Shown: positions 9,155 through 17,807 of the stretch, piece by piece
How positions within the stretch are numbered: position 1 is the first letter of the stretch
Layout: every line of letters starts with the position of its first letter
NCBI GenBank assembly: GCA_029259745.1
Contig: JAJDEO010000048.1
Span: 111,024 to 175,023 of the forward strand
Reading direction: 5' to 3'
Source of the DNA: Planctomycetota bacterium
Lineage (GTDB): Bacteria; Planctomycetota; B15-G4
DNA length: 64,000 nucleotides
Notes under the pieces: generated by a model
Databases searched by the model: none
Told to the model about the DNA's origin: nothing
The model's input: only the letters and a program-made list of their open reading frames with translations
Made by a program: the position numbers and the translations under genes

Positions 9155-10350
9155 GATGTCGGTCCTGGCGAAGCGGTGGTTGCCGACGCGCGTTCGGTCG
9201 CGTCGACGTCGAGCACCGCACGGTACACCTCCAGCATGCGGACGCAACTGTGCTCGATCGGATGGAGTTCGGCTCGTTGACGCGTGGCCGCCGCGATGGC
9301 GCCGCGCTCGTGCCGTCGTGCCAGCCAGCCGCTGAGTGCCGCGGCGACGTCGTCGGGGTGAACCGGCGCCGTGACGACCGAACCATGCACGCCTTCGTCG
9401 ACGATCTCGGCGGCGCCGTTCATCGTCGACGTGACGTGCGGTGTGCCGGCTGCGAGCGACTCCAGCGTGGCGTTGGCGGCCGGGTCGTAGGCCGTCGGCA
9501 AAGCCGTGACGTCGGCGAGCGCCGCGATCACCTCGGGGTCGCTGCGTCCGCCCAACCAGTGCACGCAGCTCGCGACGCCCAACGCTTCGGCCAGCGACCT
9601 CCAATGCGCCATGCTGCCGTCGCGCCCTGCCACGATGAGTTGCGCCGCGGGATGGTCGACGAGCGTCGCGGGCAACGCACGCAGGAGTGGCTCGAGTCCC
9701 TTGCGTCCGTAGCCGGTGCCGATGAAGGCGATGACGGGATCCTCGGCGGTGAGGCCGAGCGTCTCGCGCGCCGCGCCGCGTTGGACGTCGTCGAACGGCA
9801 CGAAGCGCTGCAGGTCGACGCCGTTGCGAACGACGTGGAAGAGCGCCGGATCGAGGCCGTCGCGGAAGATGAAGTCGTCGCGCGTCATCGCGCTGTTCGT
9901 GATGATCGCGCGCGTTGTCGGCGCGCTGAGCATGCGTTGCTCGAGCAGCGCCTTGCCGCGCTGGAAGGGCGTGCTGGCCAGCAGGCGCCGTTGCCACGGC
10001 GGCTTGTCGAGCGCATGGGCATGGTCGAGATAGGTGCGATGACATCCGCCACCGATGCGGTAGACGCTCTGGCCGAGCGTGCGGCCGAAGCCGTGCGTGA
10101 TGTCGAACGGTCCCAGGGCCCTGCAGCGGCGCGTCGCCCAGGAAGAGAAGGCATGCATCTGCGCGAGCTTGCCGGGCGCGCGCCACGGCATCACGGCCAC
10201 GTCGACACCGTCGGGAGCCTCGCAACGCTTCTGACTGCAGACGATCGTGACGGCGTGTCCGCGCGCGACGAGTTCACGTGCGTGCATGAGCACCTGACGT
10301 TCACTGCCGCCGTGGTCGGAGAGGCGTTTGTAGACGAGCGCGATGCGCAT
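9151..10350 (-). CDS. Glycosyltransferase family 4 (WaaG/RfaG-like)
   Basis: HGGSER N-terminal motif; RKGL; PTAYDPAANATLESLAAGTP. Confidence 0.9.
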   Translation of the reverse strand: MRIALVYKRLSDHGGSERQVLMHARELVARGHAVTIVCSQKRCEAPDGVDVAVMPWRAPGKLAQMHAFSSWATRRCRALGPFDITHGFGRTLGQSVYRIGGGCHRTYLDHAHALDKPPWQRRLLASTPFQRGKALLEQRMLSAPTTRAIITNSAMTRDDFIFRDGLDPALFHVVRNGVDLQRFVPFDDVQRGAARETLGLTAEDPVIAFIGTGYGRKGLEPLLRALPATLVDHPAAQLIVAGRDGSMAHWRSLAEALGVASCVHWLGGRSDPEVIAALADVTALPTAYDPAANATLESLAAGTPHVTSTMNGAAEIVDEGVHGSVVTAPVHPDDVAAALSGWLARRHERGAIAAATRQRAELHPIEHSCVRMLEVYRAVLDVDATERASATTASPGPTS

Positions 10351-10385
10351 GGTCGTCACGGTACCAGACGGCAGACGCACTCACG

Positions 10386-12005
10386 ATGACCGCGGACGTG
10401 CAGACGAGTTGGCTCTGGGGGACGCCGCCGAGCGCCGCGCTCGGCGCGCTCGTGCGCACGCTCGAGGCCGGCGCTGAACCGACCGCCAGCACGACGATCA
10501 AGGCGGGGCGCAGTCGCACGGTGTACGCCGTGCCCGACGTCGGCGTGCTCGTGAAACGCTTCGCGCCGGCACGCGGTCTCGTGGCGCGCCTGCGTCCCGG
10601 CCTCGCGCAACGCGAGTACCGGATCATGGAGGGCTTGTGCCGCGCGGGCCTGCCCACGACACGCCCGATCGGCGTCGGGGAGCGTCGCGTCGACGGACAA
10701 CCCACCGACACGTGGTTCATCGCGCGTCTCGAGCCCGACGCGCGGACGCTCGCGGACGTCATCGAGACGGTCGACGACGAGGCACTCGACGGGTGGATCG
10801 AGCGCGCCGTCGACGTCGTCGCGCGGCTGCACGACCATCCCTTCCATCACCGCGATCTGCACGCCGGCAACCTGCTGGTCGACGAGCACGACGCGCTGCT
10901 CATCATCGATCTGCACTCGGTCTGGCGTGTGGCCGGCTCGCTGAGTGACGCACGGCGCGCCGCGACACTCGCCGAGCTGCTCTATTCGCTGCGCTCGCGC
11001 ATGTCGCTCGACGACGTCCCGCGCTGGGCGGCACACTACGCACACATGCGCGGCGAGCGCGTCGATGCGACGGTAGCGCGGGTTGTGGCGGCCACGCGCG
11101 CCTTCGCCCGCGATCACGTCCGCGGGCGCGCAGCGCGCTGTCTGCGCAACAGCTCGGAGTTCATGCACGGCAAGCTGCCCGCCGCGCTCGGCAGGACCGG
11201 CTACGTCTGGCGTCGGCGTGAGGTGTCGGACGACGAGCTCGCGGCAGCTTGGCAAGAGTTCGAGGACATCGCCATGACGCGTCCCGCCGAGCTCCTCGGC
11301 GACGCGCGGCGCAGTCAGGTCGCGCGTGTCCACGCAGGCGAGTGGGTCGGGAAGTCCTTTCGCGAGAAGGGACTCGGGGCGCGGTGGCGCGCACGGTTGC
11401 GAGCAGGGCGCGGGCGGAGTGCCTGGCGCGCTGGTCGGCGGCTCGAGGTCGTCGACATCCCCACGCCGGCAACGTTGGCACTCGTGGAGTGGTCGGACGG
11501 CTCGGCGTTCTTGCTCGTCGAGCACGTCCCCGGTCAGACGCTGCGCGAGGTGCTCGAGGGGCCGCCCGTGTCTCCGCGTCGGCGCCGCCAGCTCGCGGCT
11601 GCCGCGGGGTGGTTGGTGGGGCGGTTGTGGCGCGCGGGGCTGCATCACCCCGACATGTCGACGAAGAATCTGCTCGTCGCGGCGACGGGGGAGATGCCCG
11701 TGGGTCGAGATCGGAGCACGCGTGCTGTTCCCGGGACGCCGCTCGTCCACCTGATCGACCTCGACAACCTCGCCACGACGAGGCCGCACGACGCCGACGC
11801 CCTGGCACGCATGCTCGGGCAGCTCAGTGACGTGCCCGACACCGTCACGCGCACCGATCGTCGCCGTTTCGAACGCGCGCTCGAGGATGTCGCCGGGCGG
11901 GCCGTGCCCGGGGCCGTTGCCGAGGCGGCGGCGGCCCGGGCCCAGGCGCGGCGCGCGCGGCGAGAGTCGCATGCGCGCTCGACGTCCACGCCGCCCCTGG
12001 CGTAA
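10386..12005 (+). CDS. Lipopolysaccharide kinase (Kdo/WaaP/InaA family) with two kinase domains
   Basis: Two catalytic loops, HRDLHAGNLLV..IIDL and HPDMSTKNLLV..LIDLD. Confidence 0.82.
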   Translation: MTADVQTSWLWGTPPSAALGALVRTLEAGAEPTASTTIKAGRSRTVYAVPDVGVLVKRFAPARGLVARLRPGLAQREYRIMEGLCRAGLPTTRPIGVGERRVDGQPTDTWFIARLEPDARTLADVIETVDDEALDGWIERAVDVVARLHDHPFHHRDLHAGNLLVDEHDALLIIDLHSVWRVAGSLSDARRAATLAELLYSLRSRMSLDDVPRWAAHYAHMRGERVDATVARVVAATRAFARDHVRGRAARCLRNSSEFMHGKLPAALGRTGYVWRRREVSDDELAAAWQEFEDIAMTRPAELLGDARRSQVARVHAGEWVGKSFREKGLGARWRARLRAGRGRSAWRAGRRLEVVDIPTPATLALVEWSDGSAFLLVEHVPGQTLREVLEGPPVSPRRRRQLAAAAGWLVGRLWRAGLHHPDMSTKNLLVAATGEMPVGRDRSTRAVPGTPLVHLIDLDNLATTRPHDADALARMLGQLSDVPDTVTRTDRRRFERALEDVAGRAVPGAVAEAAAARAQARRARRESHARSTSTPPLA

Positions 12006-12081
12006 TCTCGGCGCCTCTGCGGACGCGTGCACCCCTGGGCGCGTCGCTTTGCCGATCGTCCCCCAGACCGGACACCTGTCG

Positions 12082-15000
12082 ATGGCTCTTCCGTCGAACC
12101 CTGCGCGCCTCGTCGCGCGGCTCGCGCTCGTTGCTCTTCTCTCGGTCGTCCCCGCGCTCGAGGCCGCCGACCCGCCGCTCGCGCTCGTGGGCGCGACCGT
12201 TCACGTCGGAGGCGGCGCCGAGCCGCTGAATGATGCTGTCGTCGTCGTGCGTGACGGACGCATCGAAGCTGTCGGTGGTGTCAACGATGTCGCGATCCCG
12301 ATCGACGCGCGCGTCGTGTCCGTGGCAGGGCTCACGATCACGCCCGGCTTCGTGGACGCGGCGCACCATCTCGAGCTCGCCTTCCCGGATGCCGTTCCGC
12401 ACCAGGGCCGAGTTGCGAACGACACGCGTGACGTCTTCGTCGGCATGCTCGACGCCAACCGTCGCGGACTCGTTCCCGAGCGCGAGGCCTGGCGCGTGCT
12501 GAACCAGGACGCGTCCGATCGCAAGGATCACCGTGAGCACGGCTTCACGTCGCTGGTCGTGGCGCCGAGCGGCGAGCTGATCGCCGGCACCGGCGCACTC
12601 ATCGCGGCCAACGGACGTCCGCCGCGCGAGTCGGTTCGTGACGGTGACGTTGCGATGTTCGGCTCGCTGACGTGGCGCTCGCGTCCCGAGGACTACGGCG
12701 GAAACGAGTACCCGGCCACGCTCATGGGCGTCATGGCGCACCTGCGCCAGGTGCTGCTCGACGCCGGGCATCACCGCGACCACGCCGCGCGCTTCGCGGA
12801 CGGCGACAGCGACACAGCGCCGCTCAACGACCCGGCGCTGATGGCGCTGGAACCCGTGCTCACGGGCGAGACGACGCTCGTCATGCACGCCGATATCAAG
12901 GAAGACGTCCAGCTCGTCCTGCGCATCGCCGACGAGTTCCCCGGCCTCAAGGTCGCCATTGCCGGCGGACTCGAGTCGCACGCGTGGGCCGACGACCTTG
13001 CTCGTCGCGGTGTCTCCGTGATCCACGATCTCGACTTTGGCAAGGAGCCCGAAGAACCAGGCGCCAAGGACGGAAAGAAGACGGTCAAGGCGGCCAAGGG
13101 ACGGCGCGGACGTGGTCGCGCGGATCGCGGTGAGTCGGAGGACGAGGGCGACGACGACACGAAAGACGAGGACGCCGAGGACGACGAAGAAGACGACGAC
13201 GATGACACCGAGGACGAGGCGGAGGCGGACAAAGAGCCGAGCCCGGTGCTGGCGCCGTTCAACCCGGGGCTGCCCACGCGGGTTCGTGCCGATCGCCATG
13301 CGCGTTGGCTCGAGAACGTCACGGGCGTCGCGGAGCTCTTCGAGGCCGGCGTCGATGTGCGCTTCGCCACGCGCTCGCGCGACCCGAAGGAACTCGTCGA
13401 GAGCGTCCGCATCGCGATCGAGAAGGGCGGGCTGACACACGACCAGGCGCTCGCGGGGCTCACCGGCGGGGCGGCCGTGGAATCGGGCGAGGCTGGTTCG
13501 CTCGTCGCCTGGAAGGGCGCGATGTTCGACGAAAAGAGCAAGGCTCGCGTTGTTGTCGTCGATGGGCTGCTGTTCGATCTCCGTGATGTCGCCGAGCGCC
13601 GCACGGTCGTGAAGGCTGCGGACGACGCCGACGACGACAGCAAGGATGGCGAGGAGAAGGACGACGAGGCGGACTCCGATGACGAGTCCTCCGACGACGA
13701 GATCTCCGTGCCGCTCGTCGAGTGGCCCGCCGAGCTCGACGAAGACCGCGTGCCGAAGCTCCGCACGGGCGGTGACGTCCTCATCCGCAATGTCACGATT
13801 CTCACGGCGAGCGACGGCACGTTGGTCGACCACGATATGCTCGTGCGCGACGGCAAGATCGCCGAACTCGGTCAAGGGCTTGCGGCCGTCGACGACGTTG
13901 CCGAGGTCGACGCGTCGGGCATGTTCCTCACGCCCGGGATCATCGACTGCCACAGCCACGCGGGCATCCGCGGCGGCATCAACGAGTGGACGCGCAGCGT
14001 CACGGCCGAGGTCACGATCGAAGACGAAGTCGACCCCGACGACGTCAACCTCTACCGCGCACTCGCGGGCGGCGTCACGTCGATCCGCCAGCTGCACGGA
14101 AGCGCCAACGTGATCGGTGGCCGACACGCGATCATCAAGCTGCGCTGGGGCAAGACGGCTGACGAGATGCTGTTCGAGGGCGCGCCTGCGGGCGTGAAGT
14201 TCGCGCTCGGCGAGAACCCGAAGCGCTCGAACTGGGGTGATGCGAATCGCTTCCCCGGCTCGCGCATGGGCGTCGAGGCGTCGCTGCGTCGCACCTTCGA
14301 GGCCGGTCTGCGCTACGTCGAGGACCACGCACGCTACGAGCGCGGTGAGATCAGCGACCCGCCGCGCCGCGACCTGCGTCTCGAGGCCATCGCCGGCATC
14401 CTCGACGGGTCGATCGGTGTGCACAGTCACTGCTACCGCGCCGATGAGATCCTGATGCTCATGGGCGTCGCCGAAGACTACGGCTTCAAGGTCGCGACGC
14501 TGCAGCACGTGCTCGAGGGCTACAAGATCGGGCGCGAGATCGCGGCTCACGGGGGCCTGGGCGGATCCACGTTCGTCGACTGGTGGGCGTTCAAGGCCGA
14601 GGCCTACGAGACGACGCCCTACAACACGGCGTTGATGCACGAGGCCGGTGTCTTGATGAGCATCAACAGCGACAGCGACGAGCATCTGCGGCGCCTCTAT
14701 CTCGAGGCCGCCAAGGCCGTGAAGTACGGCGGGATGGACGAAGAGGCTGCGCTGAAGACCGTGACGTTGAACCCGGCGATCCAGCTTGGCATCGCCGATC
14801 GCGTCGGGTCGATCGAGGTGGGCAAGGACGCCGACTTCGCGCTCTTCAGCCACCATCCGTTCGACGTGCGGACGGCGTGCATGCACACGTTCGTCGACGG
14901 CGAGTGCTACTTCACGCGCGACGCGTCCGTCTACGACGCGTGGCGCCGCGACGCACAGCTCGCCCACGCGTTGCCGCCCGTCCCTGACCGAGGTTCCGCC

Positions 15001-16437
15001 GATGCACGCACGCGTGATGTCGACGCCGCGGCCGCGATCGCGGCGCTCGGTCTCCCGCGCGCCGGCACGAAAGCCACGACGACGCCCGCACGCCCCGCTC
15101 CGCAGACGCGCATGGCGCTCGTCGGCGGCACGGTGCACACGCTCGACGCCGACGGCACGGTGCACGAGCCGGGTGTCGTCCACATCGAGAACGGACGAAT
15201 CGTCGCCGTCGCGGCCGGAGGCACGGTGCGCGCTGGCTTCGAGACGATCGACGTCACGGGTAAGCACGTCTGGCCCGGAATGATCGACGCCTCGTCCACG
15301 CTCGGCCTCGAGGAGATCGGCTCGGTCGGCGGCACGATGGACACATCCGACCGCGGTGGCAACCAGGCCGACCTGCGCGCCTCGACGGCCTACCATCCGT
15401 CGTCGGCGCACATCCCGGTGGCACGCGTGAACGGCATCACGTCCACGCTCGTCACGCCGCGCGGCGGATTCGTCTCCGGGCAGTCGTCACTGATGGCGCT
15501 CGAAGGTTGGACCGTCGCCGAGGCGCTCATCGGCGATGGCGTCGCGTTGCATGTCGCCGCGCCGCGCACGCGTCGCGAGGCTCGCGCCTGGCAGGAGCAG
15601 AACTTCGACGCGAGTTGTCACCTCTGCACGCAGTTCACGTCGGGGCGGATCGACGAGGGTGACGAGGCCCCCGTGACCGTCGCGCTGAGCAAGGAGGACA
15701 CGAAGCTCGCCAAGTCGATCGACGATAGCTGGGCGTCGATGCGCGACACGTTGGCGGATGCTCGTGAGTACGCACGCCGCGTGCTCGCGGCCGAGCGCGA
15801 CGGGGCGTCGATGCCAGACTACGATCCGCGTCTCGCGTCGCTGGCTCCCTACGCACTCGGTGTCGCGCCGATCGTCTTCCGTGCCGACCGCGCCGACCAG
15901 ATCGCCGACGCGGTTCGCTTCGTGCGCAGCGAAGGCCTGCGCGGCGTGATCGGTGGGGGGCGCGAGGCATGGAAGGTCGCGAAGCTGCTTGCCGCGGCCG
16001 AGGTGCCGGTGCTTCTCGGGCCGGTGCTCTCGATGCCGATGAATGGTTGGGATCCCTACGACGCGCCGTACAGCAATGCGTCGATCCTGCACGACGCTGG
16101 CGTGCGTTTCGCGTTCACGTCGAGCAGTTCGTCGGCCGCGCGCAACCTGCCCTACCAGGCGGGCATGGCCGTGGCCTACGGGCTTCCCGAAGACGCGGCG
16201 ATCGCGGCGCTGACGCGCAACTCGGCCGAGATCCTCGGCTTCGGCGACGAGCTCGGATCGCTCGAGACCGGCAAGCGCGCCGACGTCATCGTGACGAACG
16301 GCTCGCCGCTGCAGGTGCGCACGGCGATCGATGCCGTCATCATCGGCGGCCGTGAGATCTCGCTCGACACGAAGCACACGCGTCTCTACGAGCGCTACCG
16401 CACGCGTCTGCTCGAGCCGACGACGCCGTCGTACTGA
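12082..16437 (+). CDS. Large exported amidohydrolase-family protein with three tandem domains
   Basis: Signal peptide; three PG-x-x-D starts (PGFVDAAHH, PGIIDCHSH, PGMIDASST); GSIEVGKDADF and GSLETGKRADV; acidic linkers. Confidence 0.88.
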   Translation: MALPSNPARLVARLALVALLSVVPALEAADPPLALVGATVHVGGGAEPLNDAVVVVRDGRIEAVGGVNDVAIPIDARVVSVAGLTITPGFVDAAHHLELAFPDAVPHQGRVANDTRDVFVGMLDANRRGLVPEREAWRVLNQDASDRKDHREHGFTSLVVAPSGELIAGTGALIAANGRPPRESVRDGDVAMFGSLTWRSRPEDYGGNEYPATLMGVMAHLRQVLLDAGHHRDHAARFADGDSDTAPLNDPALMALEPVLTGETTLVMHADIKEDVQLVLRIADEFPGLKVAIAGGLESHAWADDLARRGVSVIHDLDFGKEPEEPGAKDGKKTVKAAKGRRGRGRADRGESEDEGDDDTKDEDAEDDEEDDDDDTEDEAEADKEPSPVLAPFNPGLPTRVRADRHARWLENVTGVAELFEAGVDVRFATRSRDPKELVESVRIAIEKGGLTHDQALAGLTGGAAVESGEAGSLVAWKGAMFDEKSKARVVVVDGLLFDLRDVAERRTVVKAADDADDDSKDGEEKDDEADSDDESSDDEISVPLVEWPAELDEDRVPKLRTGGDVLIRNVTILTASDGTLVDHDMLVRDGKIAELGQGLAAVDDVAEVDASGMFLTPGIIDCHSHAGIRGGINEWTRSVTAEVTIEDEVDPDDVNLYRALAGGVTSIRQLHGSANVIGGRHAIIKLRWGKTADEMLFEGAPAGVKFALGENPKRSNWGDANRFPGSRMGVEASLRRTFEAGLRYVEDHARYERGEISDPPRRDLRLEAIAGILDGSIGVHSHCYRADEILMLMGVAEDYGFKVATLQHVLEGYKIGREIAAHGGLGGSTFVDWWAFKAEAYETTPYNTALMHEAGVLMSINSDSDEHLRRLYLEAAKAVKYGGMDEEAALKTVTLNPAIQLGIADRVGSIEVGKDADFALFSHHPFDVRTACMHTFVDGECYFTRDASVYDAWRRDAQLAHALPPVPDRGSADARTRDVDAAAAIAALGLPRAGTKATTTPARPAPQTRMALVGGTVHTLDADGTVHEPGVVHIENGRIVAVAAGGTVRAGFETIDVTGKHVWPGMIDASSTLGLEEIGSVGGTMDTSDRGGNQADLRASTAYHPSSAHIPVARVNGITSTLVTPRGGFVSGQSSLMALEGWTVAEALIGDGVALHVAAPRTRREARAWQEQNFDASCHLCTQFTSGRIDEGDEAPVTVALSKEDTKLAKSIDDSWASMRDTLADAREYARRVLAAERDGASMPDYDPRLASLAPYALGVAPIVFRADRADQIADAVRFVRSEGLRGVIGGGREAWKVAKLLAAAEVPVLLGPVLSMPMNGWDPYDAPYSNASILHDAGVRFAFTSSSSSAARNLPYQAGMAVAYGLPEDAAIAALTRNSAEILGFGDELGSLETGKRADVIVTNGSPLQVRTAIDAVIIGGREISLDTKHTRLYERYRTRLLEPTTPSY

Positions 16438-16462
16438 CGGTCGCCGACGAGCGAGCCCCATG

Positions 16463-16504
16463 AAAAACACCGCCCCGGTCGACGTCTCGTCGGCCGGGGC
16501 GGTG
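16463..16504 (-). terminator. Rho-independent terminator between convergent genes
   Basis: Stem CACCGCCCCGGTCGAC/GTCGGCCGGGGCGGTG with a T5 tract on the minus strand. Confidence 0.75.
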
Positions 16505-16541
16505 CATGTTCGTGTGGAGCGCGATCAGATCGCGGTGCTGT

Positions 16542-16961
16542 TCAAGCGCAGTGTTCGGCGAATGCCTTCGAGAGAGCGCTGGCGATGTCTTCGGGCGCGC
16601 GGCCCTCGATCTCGTGGCGCTGCAGCATGAAGACGCACTCGCCGTCCTTGAGGAGAGCCATCGAGGGCGACGAGGGCATGAAGCCCTTGAAGTAGGAGCG
16701 CGCCTTGTTCGTGGCTTCGCGGTCGACGCCGGCAAACACGGTGGCGACCGTGTCGGGCTTGACGTCGTTCTTCATGGCCAGCTTCACGCCCGGGCGGGCG
16801 TTGGCAGCGGCACAGCCGCAGACCGAGTTGACGACGACGAGCTGCGTGCCCTGACCGGGCGAAAGCAGCGCGTCGACAGCATCGGCGGACTCCAGCGATT
16901 GGACACCAGCGCTCGTGAGGTCGTCGCGCATCGGCGCGGTCATCATCGGGTCGTACATCAT
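16542..16961 (-). CDS. BrxA/BrxB (YphP/YqiW) family bacilliredoxin
   Basis: VVNSVCGCAAANARPG, TVFAGVDREAT and PSSPSMALLKDG motifs. Confidence 0.92.
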   Translation of the reverse strand: MMYDPMMTAPMRDDLTSAGVQSLESADAVDALLSPGQGTQLVVVNSVCGCAAANARPGVKLAMKNDVKPDTVATVFAGVDREATNKARSYFKGFMPSSPSMALLKDGECVFMLQRHEIEGRAPEDIASALSKAFAEHCA

Positions 16962-17086
16962 GGGAGAATCTCCGGCGGCAGAAGCGCGTTGTATAGCGTT
17001 CCTCGGCTCGAGCGGAAAGAGAGTTTGCGCCCGATCCCGGGTTATCGCCACGATCGAGCAACAAACCTTGGTCCACCCGGTGTCTC

Positions 17087-17659
17087 ATGTCGAACTCTTC
17101 ACAGCCTTTCCTGCTCGTTGCGGCCCCTGAACTGCGCGATCCGAACTTCGCGCGGAGCGTCGTGCTCGTGACGCGTCATGATGAGGACGGTGCGTTCGGG
17201 TGGGTGCTCAACCGACCTCTCGGTCAGCGACTCGGCGATGTCGTCGGCAGTGATGCGCTCGACGACCGGGTGCGCGACGTGCGGCTCTTTCGCGGCGGTC
17301 CGGTCGAGCCCCAGGCGGCGCAGTTCCTGACGAACGCCGAAGGGCCGGGCGTCCAGCCGACGCCGCTCCGTGGCGTCTCGATGCTGCCGATCGACGGGTC
17401 GACGGGCCCGGCGGATCTCGGTCCGTTGTTCGACGAACTGCAAGACGGCGCCGAAGTGCGTGGCTTCCTCGGCTACGCCGGTTGGGGGCGCGAGCAGCTC
17501 GAGGGCGAGATCGACGAGGGCTCGTGGTTGCTCGCCGAGGCCGGCGTGCGCCACGTCTTCGGCATCGAACCCGAGAAGCTCTGGTCGACGGTGCTCTGGG
17601 AGCAAGGTGGGGCGACGCGCTGGATCGTGCTCGACGACGTCGATCCGTCGCTGAACTGA
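17087..17659 (+). CDS. YqgE/AlgH family protein
   Basis: DPNFARSVV, GGPV and GYAGWGREQLEGEI..GSW motifs. Confidence 0.92.
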   Translation: MSNSSQPFLLVAAPELRDPNFARSVVLVTRHDEDGAFGWVLNRPLGQRLGDVVGSDALDDRVRDVRLFRGGPVEPQAAQFLTNAEGPGVQPTPLRGVSMLPIDGSTGPADLGPLFDELQDGAEVRGFLGYAGWGREQLEGEIDEGSWLLAEAGVRHVFGIEPEKLWSTVLWEQGGATRWIVLDDVDPSLN

Positions 17660-17807
17660 CTCGCACTCTTCATGGAGCTGCGGCAGCGCAGGCTCACGCG
17701 ACGTGCAGCGGGGCCGCAGAGCACCTGATGCCCTGCAGCCCCGACGAGTTTGCACTTCGGTTTCCACTCGGTGTTGCACCGAGTGTTCACACGGTGCGTG
17801 CGCGACG

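Noticed and set aside
11845-15411. 1188-aa antisense ORF and similar long ORFs (17703-19385, 32141-34774, 48358-50202)
   Set aside because: These are shadow frames opposite well-supported genes, expected in high-GC DNA, and contain no motifs.
17748-17797. Degenerate ~12-bp repeats with a CACTCGGTG/CACCGAGTG palindrome
   Set aside because: They lie between convergent genes and are adequately explained as a terminator-like hairpin; too few units for an array.
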